From positions 620,026 to 683,718 of the forward strand of contig MU054220.1 in assembly GCA_013239625.1 (NCBI GenBank): a stretch of DNA of 63,693 nt, in the 5' to 3' direction. Positions 38,511 through 51,711 of this stretch are shown piece after piece. The translations under genes and the position numbers were made by a program. Position 1 is the first letter of the stretch. Each line of letters starts with the position of its first letter. Below the pieces are notes generated by a model, which had not been told where the DNA came from, made no database searches, and saw only the letters and a list, made by a program, of their open reading frames with translations. The stretch is from Lama guanicoe. Lineage: Eukaryota.

Positions 38511-40059
38511 ACTCACCTATTGACCAAACACACTACCAGCCCTTCTCCACCTCCACAAAGAACACGGGGTTTTACCCCATCTTTGCTGCTAACAACACAT
38601 AAGCCTTTAAATCTCTTCCCTTCTCTGCGCTATATATGATATATATATAATGAACAAAATCCAAATCACACATGAAAATTACACATATCCATTGGAATTA
38701 AACATTTATTCTTGAAACAAAAACTAAGCTCTTGATTATGGTAGAGACATAGCCTTAATTAGTTTTTAATAGTTTCAGCGACTATCCCTCTTGGCACATT
38801 TGGTCGAGATTCAGAACACGCAGAGACAGGAAACAGGGGAACTGAAGCACAATTATTGAGCTTCTGAATATAGGAGTAGAAGTTACTATCATACAAAAGT
38901 TCATCCTTTTCTTAATTATTTTAAAGACACATTTTAGAGGTCACTATTGAAACACCAGAAACACTTTGGAGAGCTGGCCGTTTTCTGTTGACTTGCTGAA
39001 GAACTCAATATGATTAAAGGATATCTGCTTATTTAAACAAAACATTTAGAATAAAGGCCACCACTTTAATATAACACACCTAAGGGGCAGAGAGTGAGTA
39101 TGCTGAAACTCTCACCTTTTACCCATAACCAAATGTCTTCCAACAAAATTGTATTTTGCCTAAAAGGTTGCTAATGTCAACAAATTATTTTTAATGGTAC
39201 TTGGATAATATGATGCATTGAACATGTCTCATCTAATAATTACCAAGGTCCAGGCTGTCATATCCTGTTAGCTTTTTGTTGTGAGCACTGAGCACTTTAT
39301 CCTTTCTGAGCTTCATTCTTCAACTAGTAACTGGAAATAATAATGTGGAATCTGTTTGCTTTATGCAAGTTGAAAAAAATGAATTTCACGCAGACTATCC
39401 GATACCTGGGCTTAAGCTTCTAACTTGACAACTACACAGCCAAGTACTCCTACAAATGTTAGGAGAGCAATCAACCATTCTATAAGAAAACAGACACCAC
39501 ATGTCCATCAGTTCATTGGTTTTAACTGTGGATTTTATCTTCTGTCCGAAGGGATTGGCTGAAGAATCATTAGACGTACGTTAAGTATAAGGAAGAAAAG
39601 GGTGTTCATACAAGCTTGTTCTGGGTTGGAAGTAGACCTTAGCAAAGAGCATCTTTATGTATAAAACGTGACTATCCAAACCTAGTATTTTTTAATGAGG
39701 AAGAATCTGGTAAGTTAAAGGACATAAACTAATCTAACAATACTTGACACTAAAGCTGTATAAGAAAACTGTAGAAAAACTAGAGAATCAAAACTAAAAA
39801 CTGCAGCTGCAGGACTGGAAGGTTTCCTGAACACTGATGCAAGCCTCAGCATCAGTATTTGGTCTAGTGCTGCTCAACGCACAGTGATTGATCAGCTGCA
39901 AAAACACAGGCCCATACAGAATACACCCTTCAAAGCAGCGCCCACAGAACCCTGTGAAAAAACTCCCTCCTGCAGAAACACCCCAGCCTCAGCCTCAAAC
40001 CGTTTTCCTTCTGGCCTTTAATTCATAACCCCACCACCACCGTGCCTCTTTCTGTTCAA

Positions 40060-40152
40060 TCTCCCTCTCTGTCTCTCTCTCCCCCCTCTCTCATATACAC
40101 ACACACACACACATACACACACACACACACTCTCACACACCCAGACAGACAC
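40060..40152. repeat. Compound (CT)n(CA)n microsatellite
   Basis: Read directly. Confidence 0.9.
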
Positions 40153-42714
40153 TCATAATCCCACATAGATATAAGCTTAGAGACACAGAGTTTGGGGTAT
40201 AAAGAAAATTTCACTTTTTACAGACTTTTTGGTTAGAGAATTTCTCCACATTTTTTTCTTTTAAATTTTAAATTCCTTGAGAAAAATCTCTGTGAGGAAT
40301 TGTTTCCAACCACATGTCAACTACAATTTGAAATTTTAAAAAATTAAATATGATTATTGGGAAGTACGATTTATGATTAAGGACATGAGAATGCATGGAT
40401 AGTGTAAAAATCCATTAAAGGCAACTTGATACGATCTTTCTGTTTCTTTAATTATTTATCACATTGAAAAGTTGTGAAATTGAATGTCACAGTCTTATTT
40501 GATGTGTTTAAGAGTAAAATGTTTAGATTCCACCTACTAAGTTATAATATGTTCTAGCCATTTTACTTATTTTCTTTTACCAATCGTTTCATCTTCAGTA
40601 TGACCTGATGAAGTATCTATTGTTGTACTATTGTCTTTTTATTGTAAATAAGGAAACTACAACCCAAGGTTACACCAGTACTAAGAAGTCTGTGTCTAAC
40701 CCTTCTCTGTATAGTTTGGAATCTCACACTGCTTTCATTACACTCAAATGGCTTCTCACAGATACAACTAAAGGCTGAAAGCCCTCAATATGCCTTCACA
40801 TTATTACTCAGATTTTCCTGAATACCATCTCTTAAAAATAACCACTAAAAAAATTATTTCAGAAGAATCTAAAATTACACATTTAAATTTACCACGATCA
40901 AAAAGTTGTTATATAATAAAATGCTGTTCAAAATCCCATTTTTTCAGTATTTATCCAAATTACTTTTTCCCATTTTATATATATATAAACCCAGTTTCCC
41001 AAATTTTACATATATGCATACATATGTGTATATATATACTTACCTCTGTGAGATTTTACAGTTCTTTGAAATATCAGTGTGATTCTTCAGCTAGTTCCTT
41101 TTTTCTGTGACTGTGCTATGAAAGAGTAAATTCATGCAAAATGCCTCTGGCTCTCCCATGAATCTTCCACCCAAAAGAAAGTTTTAGCAAAGCATTGCTG
41201 GAATACCCTGGGTTAAAAGGCACTAGAAGGACCAGAGGGGAAGAAACTTCCACGGGCACTCTACAGCAGCCAGTGTCTGTGCAGCTGTAATCGTGAAAAT
41301 AAAGCCAATACGATTATAGTGAGATGATACATGGGTTTGCACCTTACTTCTTTTATTTACCTCTTGAGGGTTATTACATGAATGATCCAATCCTTCTGCA
41401 ATGTTATAAAACTGATGAAATACTATGGATATATATTTTTTTCTCTCTCTTCTCCTGTAATAATTTCCTCAAAGACTGAATTCATTGTTGTTTATAATGA
41501 TACATAATATGTACCTAATGAGTGTTGAATTCTTTATCAGCCAATTCTACACCATTGTGCATTCTGTATTATCTAGTATTAGGGTGCTGGTTAGAATTGG
41601 GAAAAGCCAAAATGCATGATCATCTTTCCCTTATTTTAGTTTTCTTCCTTCTTTCCTCCCTTCCTTCCTTTCTTTCTCCCTAGCTTTGTTTTCTCCTTTT
41701 TACCCCCTTGGGTGGAAGAGGGAGGGGAGTGTCAGCAGAAACTAAAGGCAAAAGGTTGATTAAATTGCAGTCCTTAGTTCATAGCAGATGATCCCTTAGT
41801 TCATTGCAGATGATTCTCATGGGTCCATGCAAGGTCACTATGAATGTTAATGTCAGCTTATAATTTTTTTTCCTTTTTTAATTGCTCGTTTTCACTTCTC
41901 ATAACCCCTTCTGGACACCCACTGTACTCTTACATATTTAAGCTCTTACTGGCCCCAAGGTCTTGCACATTCCCTCTGGTTTTCCTACAGCTGTCCACGT
42001 TTTGAAAACAAGTTCTTACTGTACTCCCATTAAATGGTGACATCTGACTCTGTCTTCATCTTGCTGCATTGACTCATATATGCACTCAATAATATAGCCT
42101 CAAACTGCATGAAATGATGTTAAATAAACTCACGTGAAGAAAATTATCAATCCACCTTCCCAATGGGATATTTCAATGGCTTTTTTTCAATTACTGTTGA
42201 GTAAAGCAGGCAGTAAGTTGGAAAGGATATAAAAGATCTGACTAGCACAATTTGGTAGTATACAGATGCATTAAGAAACAGATATATAAGAATACATATT
42301 ATTTGCATGGATAGATGGAATCTTTACAAAATTAAGTATTTGACCATAAAAGAATCCTCAACAGATTTAAAAACTGACATTATGCAAACTTCTGAGCAAA
42401 AAATAAATTAGGATTGATGTTACTATTATTTTTTGCTCAAATTGTTTAAAGAGATCTCTCTCAATAACTAGCTCTAAGCTAATAAAAAAAACACTTCAAT
42501 AATCATACATGGCAAAGATTAGAGTCTTAACAAAAAAATCAGAAAAATCACTAAAAAAACTAAAAATACACCCACAAAACTTTTTCCTCTTAAAGTCAGA
42601 ACAATACAAGAGCGTCCACTGTCACTATTTATACTAAACATTTTATTAGTGATTCTTACCAGAGTAATTAGGTTAAAAGACAAGTACAACAGATAGATAC
42701 GTACATATAGACAC

Positions 42715-43143
42715 TAGAGGTAATAAACAAGATCAAGACACGAGCAAGATGAAACCTAGTTGGTCCCAACGCTCATGTCCCCTCAAAAAACAACAAACAC
42801 AATAAAGAAATAACCACAAACCAAATAAAATACCTCAGGGAAAAAACCTTGAGCAAAAACCTGGAGGAACTTAAAAACCAAGGATGGCCACACAGAAACG
42901 GACATTAAGCACGTTGTTTACGTCACCCATCCCTCAGTCACGAGCAGCTGCGCCACGCGGCACCTCCTCAGGGGGGGTTTCCCGCACGCACGGGGCAAGC
43001 AGAGCAGGGGCGCTCCTGCGAGCCTTCCCCGGCGCGGGCAGCCTTTGCTGCGGCCTTGCTCCGGAAGTCTCCCACAGCCTCACCAGCGCGGAGCTCACCC
43101 GGGGGAGCTGCCCTGAAGCTCCCCACCACTGCCCCCACCCCCA
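42715..43143 (+). mobile_element. GC/CpG-rich segment, possible L1 5' UTR remnant
   Basis: Abrupt GC-rich block at 42885-43143 after an A-rich leader; the family call is inference only. Confidence 0.4.
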
Positions 43144-44090
43144 CCTATGAGATAAAGACGAAAATTAACCAGTACTGGTCATCGACTCTGCACGGAGGGG
43201 AGAAGAAATGGATGCAAGGAAAGGGAGAAACACCACCAGCCCGGGACTACACTTTGCTGCTCTGAAACATTCTAGTAGATTGGGGCTTAATATTACTTGT
43301 TTTATTAATGTACATGGATTAGTAAGCTTTCATCGTGATAAAATAAAATAAAAACATCTTGTTATTGAGCAGTAATCTTTATAACAATCCAAAGTAGGCA
43401 CTGCTATTATCTCCATTTTATAGGTGAGGAAACACAAAGGGGAAAGTTCCAGAACAGAAATATTAAAGAACCAGTAACTAGAATCTAACCGACCTCTCAG
43501 ACCATGTTCTTATGCTCTGTGATACACTGCCAGGCAATATGATAGAAAGGTAGCATAATTATACTACTTAACCATTTACTGAGACGGGACTGTGCTAGAA
43601 TATATATATATATGTATAATGTATGTATATATTATATAAGTAGTTGTATGTATTACTATATATACTATTATATATAAATTAGTTTATTACATATAACTAA
43701 ATTCTTAAAAATTTGTATTAATAACTTTTCCCATTTTTATATATTATAGTTGATAGTCGTGTGTTGATTATAACACCATAGGATGTAGCGACTTTTAAAA
43801 GTATAAATGCAATGGACCATTTAACCTCCAAGGGGTAGTAAAGCATATTACGCCACATTACCAAATTTCTTTGTAGCATTCAGAATCATTTTCTATCACT
43901 CATTTCACCATCTTATGCTGATAACCCATCAGAAAAAGTGATGATTCAAATAAAATAATATTTTAATACCAGGCACTAATTTCAATTTATAACATAAATA
44001 AATAGTCATACTCCATAAAGTACTTGCCTACTTGATAGCAGTAGTTTCTACAAGTAGCACAATGTCTAGTTCATAAAAAATACTGAATTA
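43144..44090 (+). repeat. Orphan unit A 3' flank with no OR coding region
   Basis: Highly similar to 49377-50185 and homologous to 15975-16985. Confidence 0.9.
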
Positions 44091-45664
44091 ATAAATGTAG
44101 ATATAATGCATGATGAATAAATTTAATAAAATACAGTCTAAGCAAGATAGAGACCACAGCATCTTGCATATATAAGCCAGAAAACAATACTGAGAGAAAG
44201 CAAATATATAAGGGAGAGATATGCCATTTCGATGCATTAACAGAATCAATGTTTTTATCTCATCAATTTTTTCCATAAATTCAGTGCAATTTCATTAGAC
44301 ATCTCACAGGATATTTGAAGATACTGACTCCTATGTTGAAATTTATATAGAAATACACATATTTAAAGGAACTTAGAAATAATAAAAAAACTCTAAAAAA
44401 TATAGTTGGAGAACTTATTCCACATCAATTCAAGGCTTACTAGAAAGCTCCCATAAACAATGCTGCATGGTACTGACATAAGGATGAAACATAGGTCATT
44501 GAAACATAATAGAATGTTCAGAAATAGACATCAATGTATGACCCTTTACAAACATATCAAAGAAATTCCTGCAGAAAAAGTACATTTTTCAACAAATTAC
44601 TCTGGATCAACTGCATATTTATATAAAAAATAAACCTCAACTACCACCACACAGCATACACAAAAATCAACTCAAAATGAGTCAGAGACCTAGATGTGAA
44701 AGCTAAACCTACAAAATTTATAGAAGTATTTTTGATCTTGATGCAAATCAATATTTACTAAATATGACACAAGGAGCAAGAATCATAAGCAAAACCAAAA
44801 AACTGAAACTTGTCAATATTTCAAATTTTCTTCTCATTAGATAGCATTCTAATCAGAAATGAAGAGGAAATCCACAAAGGAGGAGAAAACTGTATGTGCA
44901 TTATATATAAATTTATGTATAAATTTTATATATAAATATATTTTCCATTCCTTATACATATTATAGAATACCTATATGTAGAATATACATAAAACACTTA
45001 CAAATTAGTAATCAGAAACCCAGAACTATTAATTTTATATTAAACAAAGGACTTGAAAAGAAACTTCAAAAAATATATATATACAAATGATGAATAACAA
45101 CATTTTTTAAAATGTTCTACATCATTAGTCATCAGGGAAGGCAAACTAAAACCTCAATAAATTATCACTACATAGCTCCTAGAATGATCAAAAGGAAAAT
45201 AATACTAAGTGATAAGAATGTGGAACAACTCTTCTTTTTCAAAGTAGGACTCTCTTCTTGGGTTTTAGATATCTCTTCTCGTTTTTATTGTTGCCTAGTG
45301 TTCGATACTAACCACTACAAGAGTCCCAGAGATAACTTCTTGGGACCCTTTTGGAGTTTCTGCTGACTTCCATAGTCCTCAGAGAAATATGGCAAATAGG
45401 TTTCAGAGTCAAGAACTTTAAAATGGTTGCCATTTACTTTATGTCCTCACTGCTCCAGCTCTCAAGCAGTCAATGCTACGTTTACATAAAAGGTTTAATA
45501 GGGACAAGAAGACAGTTCTCTCTCTGACAAGAGTCAGCAGGCTAACTACATCACAGATCCCCAAGCCGTAATTTTGCCAACCATGTCATTCACAAGACAT
45601 TCAGCTTTCTTAGCAACCTAGGTTCAGATACAGGAAAGGGACTCACATATTTTGGTTCCAAGTG

Positions 45665-46254
45665 CAGGGAATACAATTCCCCACTCAAGAATACGTGTTG
45701 CTCAAAGATGTCTCTCTAGAATACTTACTTCTAAGACAAAAGCTTTCCATCAAAAGATATAATTAATTCCTGGGAGCGCAAACACTAGCTACACGACAAG
45801 ATCCTTGAAGCTTTATGGAAATCCCTTTAAATATCCATGCATTGCAGGTGAAAATACCTTTTTGTTTTGTTTTGTTTTCACCTCCAGAGCAAGATACAGA
45901 AAGGATGGAATGACCCATTTGAATGTGTTTCCACCGCATTGTTCCCTCCTGCCTATAGGACCAGAGCCATCTATAGAAGATCATTTCTCCATGGTGTTTC
46001 AAATGAATCCATTCTAAATTCAAGTCCAGCATTTTCTGTCAAAACTTTTTGAGGCTTTAGGCAAGAGGAAAGATCTAGACTTACACAAAGACTTAACTTA
46101 TCTACTGTTGACTTGACATTGAATTATTTGAGTAGTTTCTTTCTGAGTGTATCATATCTTTCATATTGAAAGTTGCCTTTCCCAAAAGGAGGTCAACTTG
46201 AAGATGGGATTACTTCTGAACAACCCTAAGTATCATTAAGATCAGAAGGTAAGG
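45665..46254 (+). promoter_or_regulatory. Candidate promoter / first exon of copy 3
   Basis: TAATTA at 45760 next to TTCCTGGGAG at 45767; donor aag|gtaagg at 46249. Confidence 0.5.
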
Positions 46255-48369
46255 TTTCAATAGTGCTGATGCTTACTGAACACTGTTCATTTCCCTATAT
46301 AGTAAACACTATGTTTCAATACTTTTCAAACAGAGTAATAGAGCATTTCATCTCCAGCCCAATCTTTAAATTGCAGTTGGTAAGTATCATTAACCTAATT
46401 TGACAAACGAAAAATTTGAGGCTGATAGAGATTAAGACATTTGTAGGACCCAGCTCTCCAACAATAGATACCCTTCTTTTGCCATAAAACACTTCCTTTA
46501 ATAATTAAGATGAATCATAAGAATCAAAAAATTAAATATACTTCACACACACAAAGAGATAGAAGTGAATATTAAATGCTATACATTATGACCTGCTTAG
46601 TTCAGACAGAAACATGGAGTATTCTTCCTGAGATCAGGTGCTATAGGTAAACGAGCCTCTGTGGCTTCTTTGAAAGTAAAATTGGGGAAGATTCTTCCTT
46701 GTTTATTGCATGGTTAAAAGCTTTTCTACATTACTGCAAAAATGTCAATTCTCCCTATCTTCTGGTGCATAGACAGTCAAAAAAAAAAAAAATAAGTGGT
46801 GGTTCTTGGTGTGTGTCCCCAGCAGTTGGTGGATACGCTCATACATGTGTCTTCAGCGAATTCTCATAACCGCTGGTGACATCAAGAAATAAGTAGTTGA
46901 AAGCTGGAAAAGGCAAGATTTGAATCCGGTCTTTCTGATTCTCAAACTAATATGCTCAACCACTGGGACTGTCATTTTTAAAATTTTGCTGAAGAGTGTA
47001 AGTTTTCATGCTTTGGAGGGGAACTGGGGCAAGAAATCCTATGGATGAGTGAGGAACAAAGACAGAAAGGAACTTCAGTGAAAGAAGTAGCACATAGCTA
47101 TTCATATTTGGGGTTTCCAGGACTTTATACTGTGTGTATGTGTCTGAATATGTGCGTATGTGTATTTCCATGACCACTGATAAATTTGCTTTATCTATAT
47201 GTATCTATACTTGTCCCTTTAGTAGTATTAAAATAATTATAATTATTATCCTCATATCCTAAGGAATTGACTTGCTCAACATTGTTTATTATAATATAAT
47301 AAGCTACTGCCTAAGGATTTGGAGGGAAAAAAGATATAATCTGAACGAATCCTGGCTCTTCCCTTTATCAGGTGCTTGATTTGGTATGGGACCTTTAACT
47401 TCTCCATGATTCTACTTAATAATGTGTAAAATATGTATAAAAATAATAGTAGTAATCATTTTACAGGCTTGTAATGAGGATTAAATAACCAAAGTCAGCA
47501 AAAACATTCAGAGCACATAAGTGTTCAGTTTTAGTTAATATGATCATTATTATTATTGTGATTAACATTAGTCTCTGAGATTAGTTCTTACCTGCAAAAT
47601 TGATGAAAATAATACCATTAACACAGGTTCCTATCATGCCATACCCATCAATCAATCATTAAAACTGTTTATTCCCCACCATAAAGTAACTGAATTTAGG
47701 TAACCTGCTTAATCAATTCTATTATAGTAGTTCCTGTATCTTTTCATTACTTTCCCATCACCAATAACCAGCTACACTTTATGTCAACTATTGTAAATAG
47801 CTGGTACTAGGTTTCCTTTGTCTGCCTTCCACCCCCTTCCACCCTCACTTCATCCAAATCACACAAAGATGTTACTAAAGTAATATACATGATTCCCTCT
47901 TTCTCCAATCCCCCTTCATCCTTACACTCATATTCTCAATCACCTTGCATGGCTTCCCGTTTCCTAAGAATAAAGGGAAAATTGCTTGGCTTTGCATTCA
48001 TAGAACTTACATCCCTTTCTTCCTCTCTTCTCAGGCTTCTCTAACACTGTCTCTGAGATCCACTGCTTCACACTAGGCTGTAAATCATATCCCATGAATA
48101 AGTGTGTACAGATGATCTCCTGCCTGTGTGTTCACAAAATACTTCATGTCTATAACTCTTAACATTATCTTTCCCCAGGAGAGAATTTGAGTAATTTTCA
48201 AGAACTCAGAAAAAATTTTCCTCTCTCAAAAAAAATCTCATAAGCATTCAGAACTTGGTAGAGTCTAGGCATTCATTATTCATTACATTAAGAAGCTTAT
48301 TAAATTCAAGGATGCACTAAGAAAAAGAGACTTTTTTTTCAGGTAACATAATTATCCATAACATGATAC

Positions 48370-49298
48370 ATGGAGAATAGGAACAACATGACAGAGTTTG
48401 TTCTGCTGGGGCTCACACAGAATCCAAAGATGCAGACAATCATATCTGTTGTGTTTTTCATCGTCTACATTGTCTCTGTGATAGGAAACATGCTCACCGT
48501 GGTCACAATCACTGTCAGCCCATTACTGAATTCCCCCAGGTACTTTTTCCTGGCCCATCTCTCCTTTATTGATGCCTGCTATTCCTGTGTCAATACTCCT
48601 AAACTGATCATAGATTCACTGCATAAAAGGAAGACCATCATATTCAATGGATGCATGACCCAAATCTTTGGGGAACATTTCTTTGGAGGTGCCGATGTCA
48701 TCCTGCTTACTGTGATGGCCTATTACCGCTACGTGGCCATCTGCAGGCCCCTGCACTACACAGCCATCATGAATCAGCAGGTGTGTGGACTGCTGGTTGG
48801 CAGTAGCATGGGTGGGAGGATTTCTTCATGGAATCACATAGATTCTCTTCATCTTCAGGCTTCCTTTCTGTGGTCCTAATGTCATAGATCACTTTATGTG
48901 TGATCTGAATCCTTTGCTGAATCTCGTATGCTCTGATACCCGCATTCTAGGACTCTTTGTTGCCGCAAACAGTGGGTTCATCTGTCTGTTAAACTTCCTT
49001 CTCTTGATTGGTTCCTATGTGGTCATTCTGTACTCCCTAAGGACACACAGCTTGGAGGCGAGACACAAAGCCCTCTCTACCTGTGTCTTCCACATCACAA
49101 CGGTTGTCTTCTTTTTTGTGCCCTGCATATTTGTGTATCTGAGACCTGCAGCTACTTAACCTATACAAAGCAGTTGCTGTGTTCTACACCATGATAACTC
49201 CCATGTTAAATCCCTTAATCTATACCTTGAGAAACGACCAGATGAAAAATGCCATCAGGAAATTATGTAGTAGGAAAGTAATTTCCGGTGATCAATAA
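48370..49298 (+). pseudogene. OR4C46-like pseudogene (copy 3)
   Basis: +1 frameshift at ~48801, TTA>TAA at 49157-49159, 2-bp loss at ~49166; PMY changed to PRY, MAYDRY to MAYYRY; ancestral stop at 49296-49298. Confidence 0.92.
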
Positions 49299-51429
49299 AA
49301 TGTGTGTGGAGTCCAATGTTCATTCAACTGATGAAAAGATCAAAAGGATGTTACTGGGGATTTCAGCAAAAAATAACTATGAGATAAAGACAAAAATTAA
49401 TCACTACAAATCATCGATTCTGCACAGAGGGGAGAAGAAATGGATGCAAGAAAAGGGAGAAACACCCAGCCCAGGACTACACTTTGCTTGTCTGAAACAT
49501 TCTAGTGGATTGGGGCTTAATATTACTTGTTTCTTTCATGTACATGGATTAGTAAGCTTTCACTGTAATAAAATAAAATAAAAACATCTTGTTATTAAGC
49601 AATAATCTTCATAACAATCCAAAGTAGGCACTGCTATTATCTCTATTTTACAGGTCAGGAAACAAACATAAGGGGGAAATTTCCAGAACAGAAATATTAA
49701 AGAACCATGAACCAGAATCTAATCGACCACTCAGACCATGTTCTTATGCTCTCTGATACCCTGCCAGGCAATATGGTAGAAAGGTAGCATAATTATACTA
49801 TTTATCATTTATTGAGATGGGATTGTGCTAGAATATATATATGTATAATGTATGTATATATTATATAATTAGTTGTGTACATTACTACATATACTATTAT
49901 ATACAAATTAGTTTATTACAAATAACTAAATTCTAAAAATTTGTATTAATAACTTTGCCCATTTTTATATCTTACAGTTGATAGTCATGTGTTGACTATA
50001 ACACTGTAAGATGTAACCGCTTTAGGAGTATAAATGCAATGGACCATTTAACCTCCAAGGGACAGTAAAGCATATTAGACCACATTACCAAGTTTCTTTG
50101 TAGCATTCAGAATCATTTTCTATCACTCATTTCACCATCTTATGCTGATAGCCCATCAGAAAAAGTGATGATTCAAATAAAATATATATCTAGTTATCAA
50201 TCAGCGTATATATCCAAAGGAAATTAAATGAATATCTGCACTGCCATGTTGATTGCAGCATTGTTCAAAATAGTCAAGATATGGAAATAACCTAAGTATC
50301 AGCCAATGGATAAAAAATGTGATATATTTATATGTAATATATAATATATATAATATATATAATCTTACATCATATGGTACATTTGTCACAACTAATTCAT
50401 TTATGTTAACACATTTGTATATTAAATATATTAAAACTATTGTATTAAAAGTAAAAAAAATATGGTTTTCAACTGATAATTGTTTTTCTCCTCCAGAATA
50501 CAATCCAGGATACCACATTACTTTTAGTTGTCGTATTTTCTTCAGCTGCTCCAAACAGTGACAGTTTATCTGACTTTTCTCATCTTTGATGATCTTGACA
50601 GTTTTAATATTAGCCAGGCATTTTATACAGTAATCTTACATTGGGGTTTGATATTTTATTCAAGATCACACTGGGGTTATGGGTTATTGGGAGAAAGACT
50701 GCAGGAGTGAATTACCCTTTTCACCGCACATCAGTAGCTACATACTCTCAGTGTGACTTACAACTATTCACGTTAACCTTGATCACCTGGCTGAGACAGT
50801 GTTTGTCACAATTCTCCATAAAATTACTTTCCCCCCATTTCATACTGTACCTTTTAGAAAGAAGTCACTATGTACCGTCCATAAAAAAGAGATGACTCTT
50901 TGAGGGCATGGTATCTACATAATTATTAGGAACTATTTTTGATGTGAGATTTGTCTATACTCCCCTATTATTTAGTTACTTATTCAATTATTTATGTCAT
51001 TATGAACTCATGGACCTTTTATACTGTGAGTTATAGTTCACTTCAGTGTTATTTATTTTGCTGCTGAATTATCTTCCCATCTTTGGCCACTGGAGTTACT
51101 TTCACTCAGCTCCTGTGTCATATTGGCATATTCTCATCACTGTGTGTGTCTTTTCGTTATTCCTTACTGTCTAGCACTACAAGGTGCTCCAGTTCATCTT
51201 GTCCATTCCCTACCCCAGACCTAGAATCAGCCATTTCTTTAAGAGGTCCTAGTTTCTTTTATCAGAGTACAGTGTTAGGAAACAAGACCTGAGTACTAGA
51301 AGACAATCATTTTTTTATTCTAGTCAAAAGATGTCATTTATGGCACAAATGAACATCTTTGATTGCAAGAATAGGCCACCTTTTTTGTAATCTAATAACA
51401 TATATTAAATGTTAACTTCTTTAGCACAT

Positions 51430-51711
51430 GTATTTTAATTGGAAGGGAAGGCACACTTTAGGGAATGACTTTCCCCAGACTCCTATATTTTGCATCATTC
51501 ATACCTAAATAGTCCTTCAGGGAAGACAAAAGAGAAGCACTTTTTCTGTCAAAATCTTGCATGACGTTGGATTTCAGAAAGTGTATGATGAATCTGGGAT
51601 CAACTCAGTCAGCCTTTTGGCATGCAGGTCAGAAGCTAAGCCTCTTTGTGAGATCCTGGTTCCCACTGAACATCCTAACTTCTAAGTAAGATCTTATCAC
51701 AACTGGTAAGG
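51430..51711 (+). promoter_or_regulatory. Candidate promoter / first exon of OR4C11-like copy 2
   Basis: TAATTG, ttcagggaag, taaatag, donor ctg|gtaagg at 51706. Confidence 0.5.

Larger units (their letters stand above)
44880..50185 (+). repeat. Duplicated unit A3
   Basis: Co-linear with A1 and A2. Confidence 0.85.

Noticed and set aside
39685..39700. TTTTTAATGAG resembling the H/P element 13-mer AACTTTTTAATGA
   Set aside because: Partial match only in AT-rich DNA, with no supporting conservation visible.
42884..43150. 88-aa ORF in the GC-rich patch
   Set aside because: Expected from stop-codon scarcity in GC-rich DNA; no recognisable domain.
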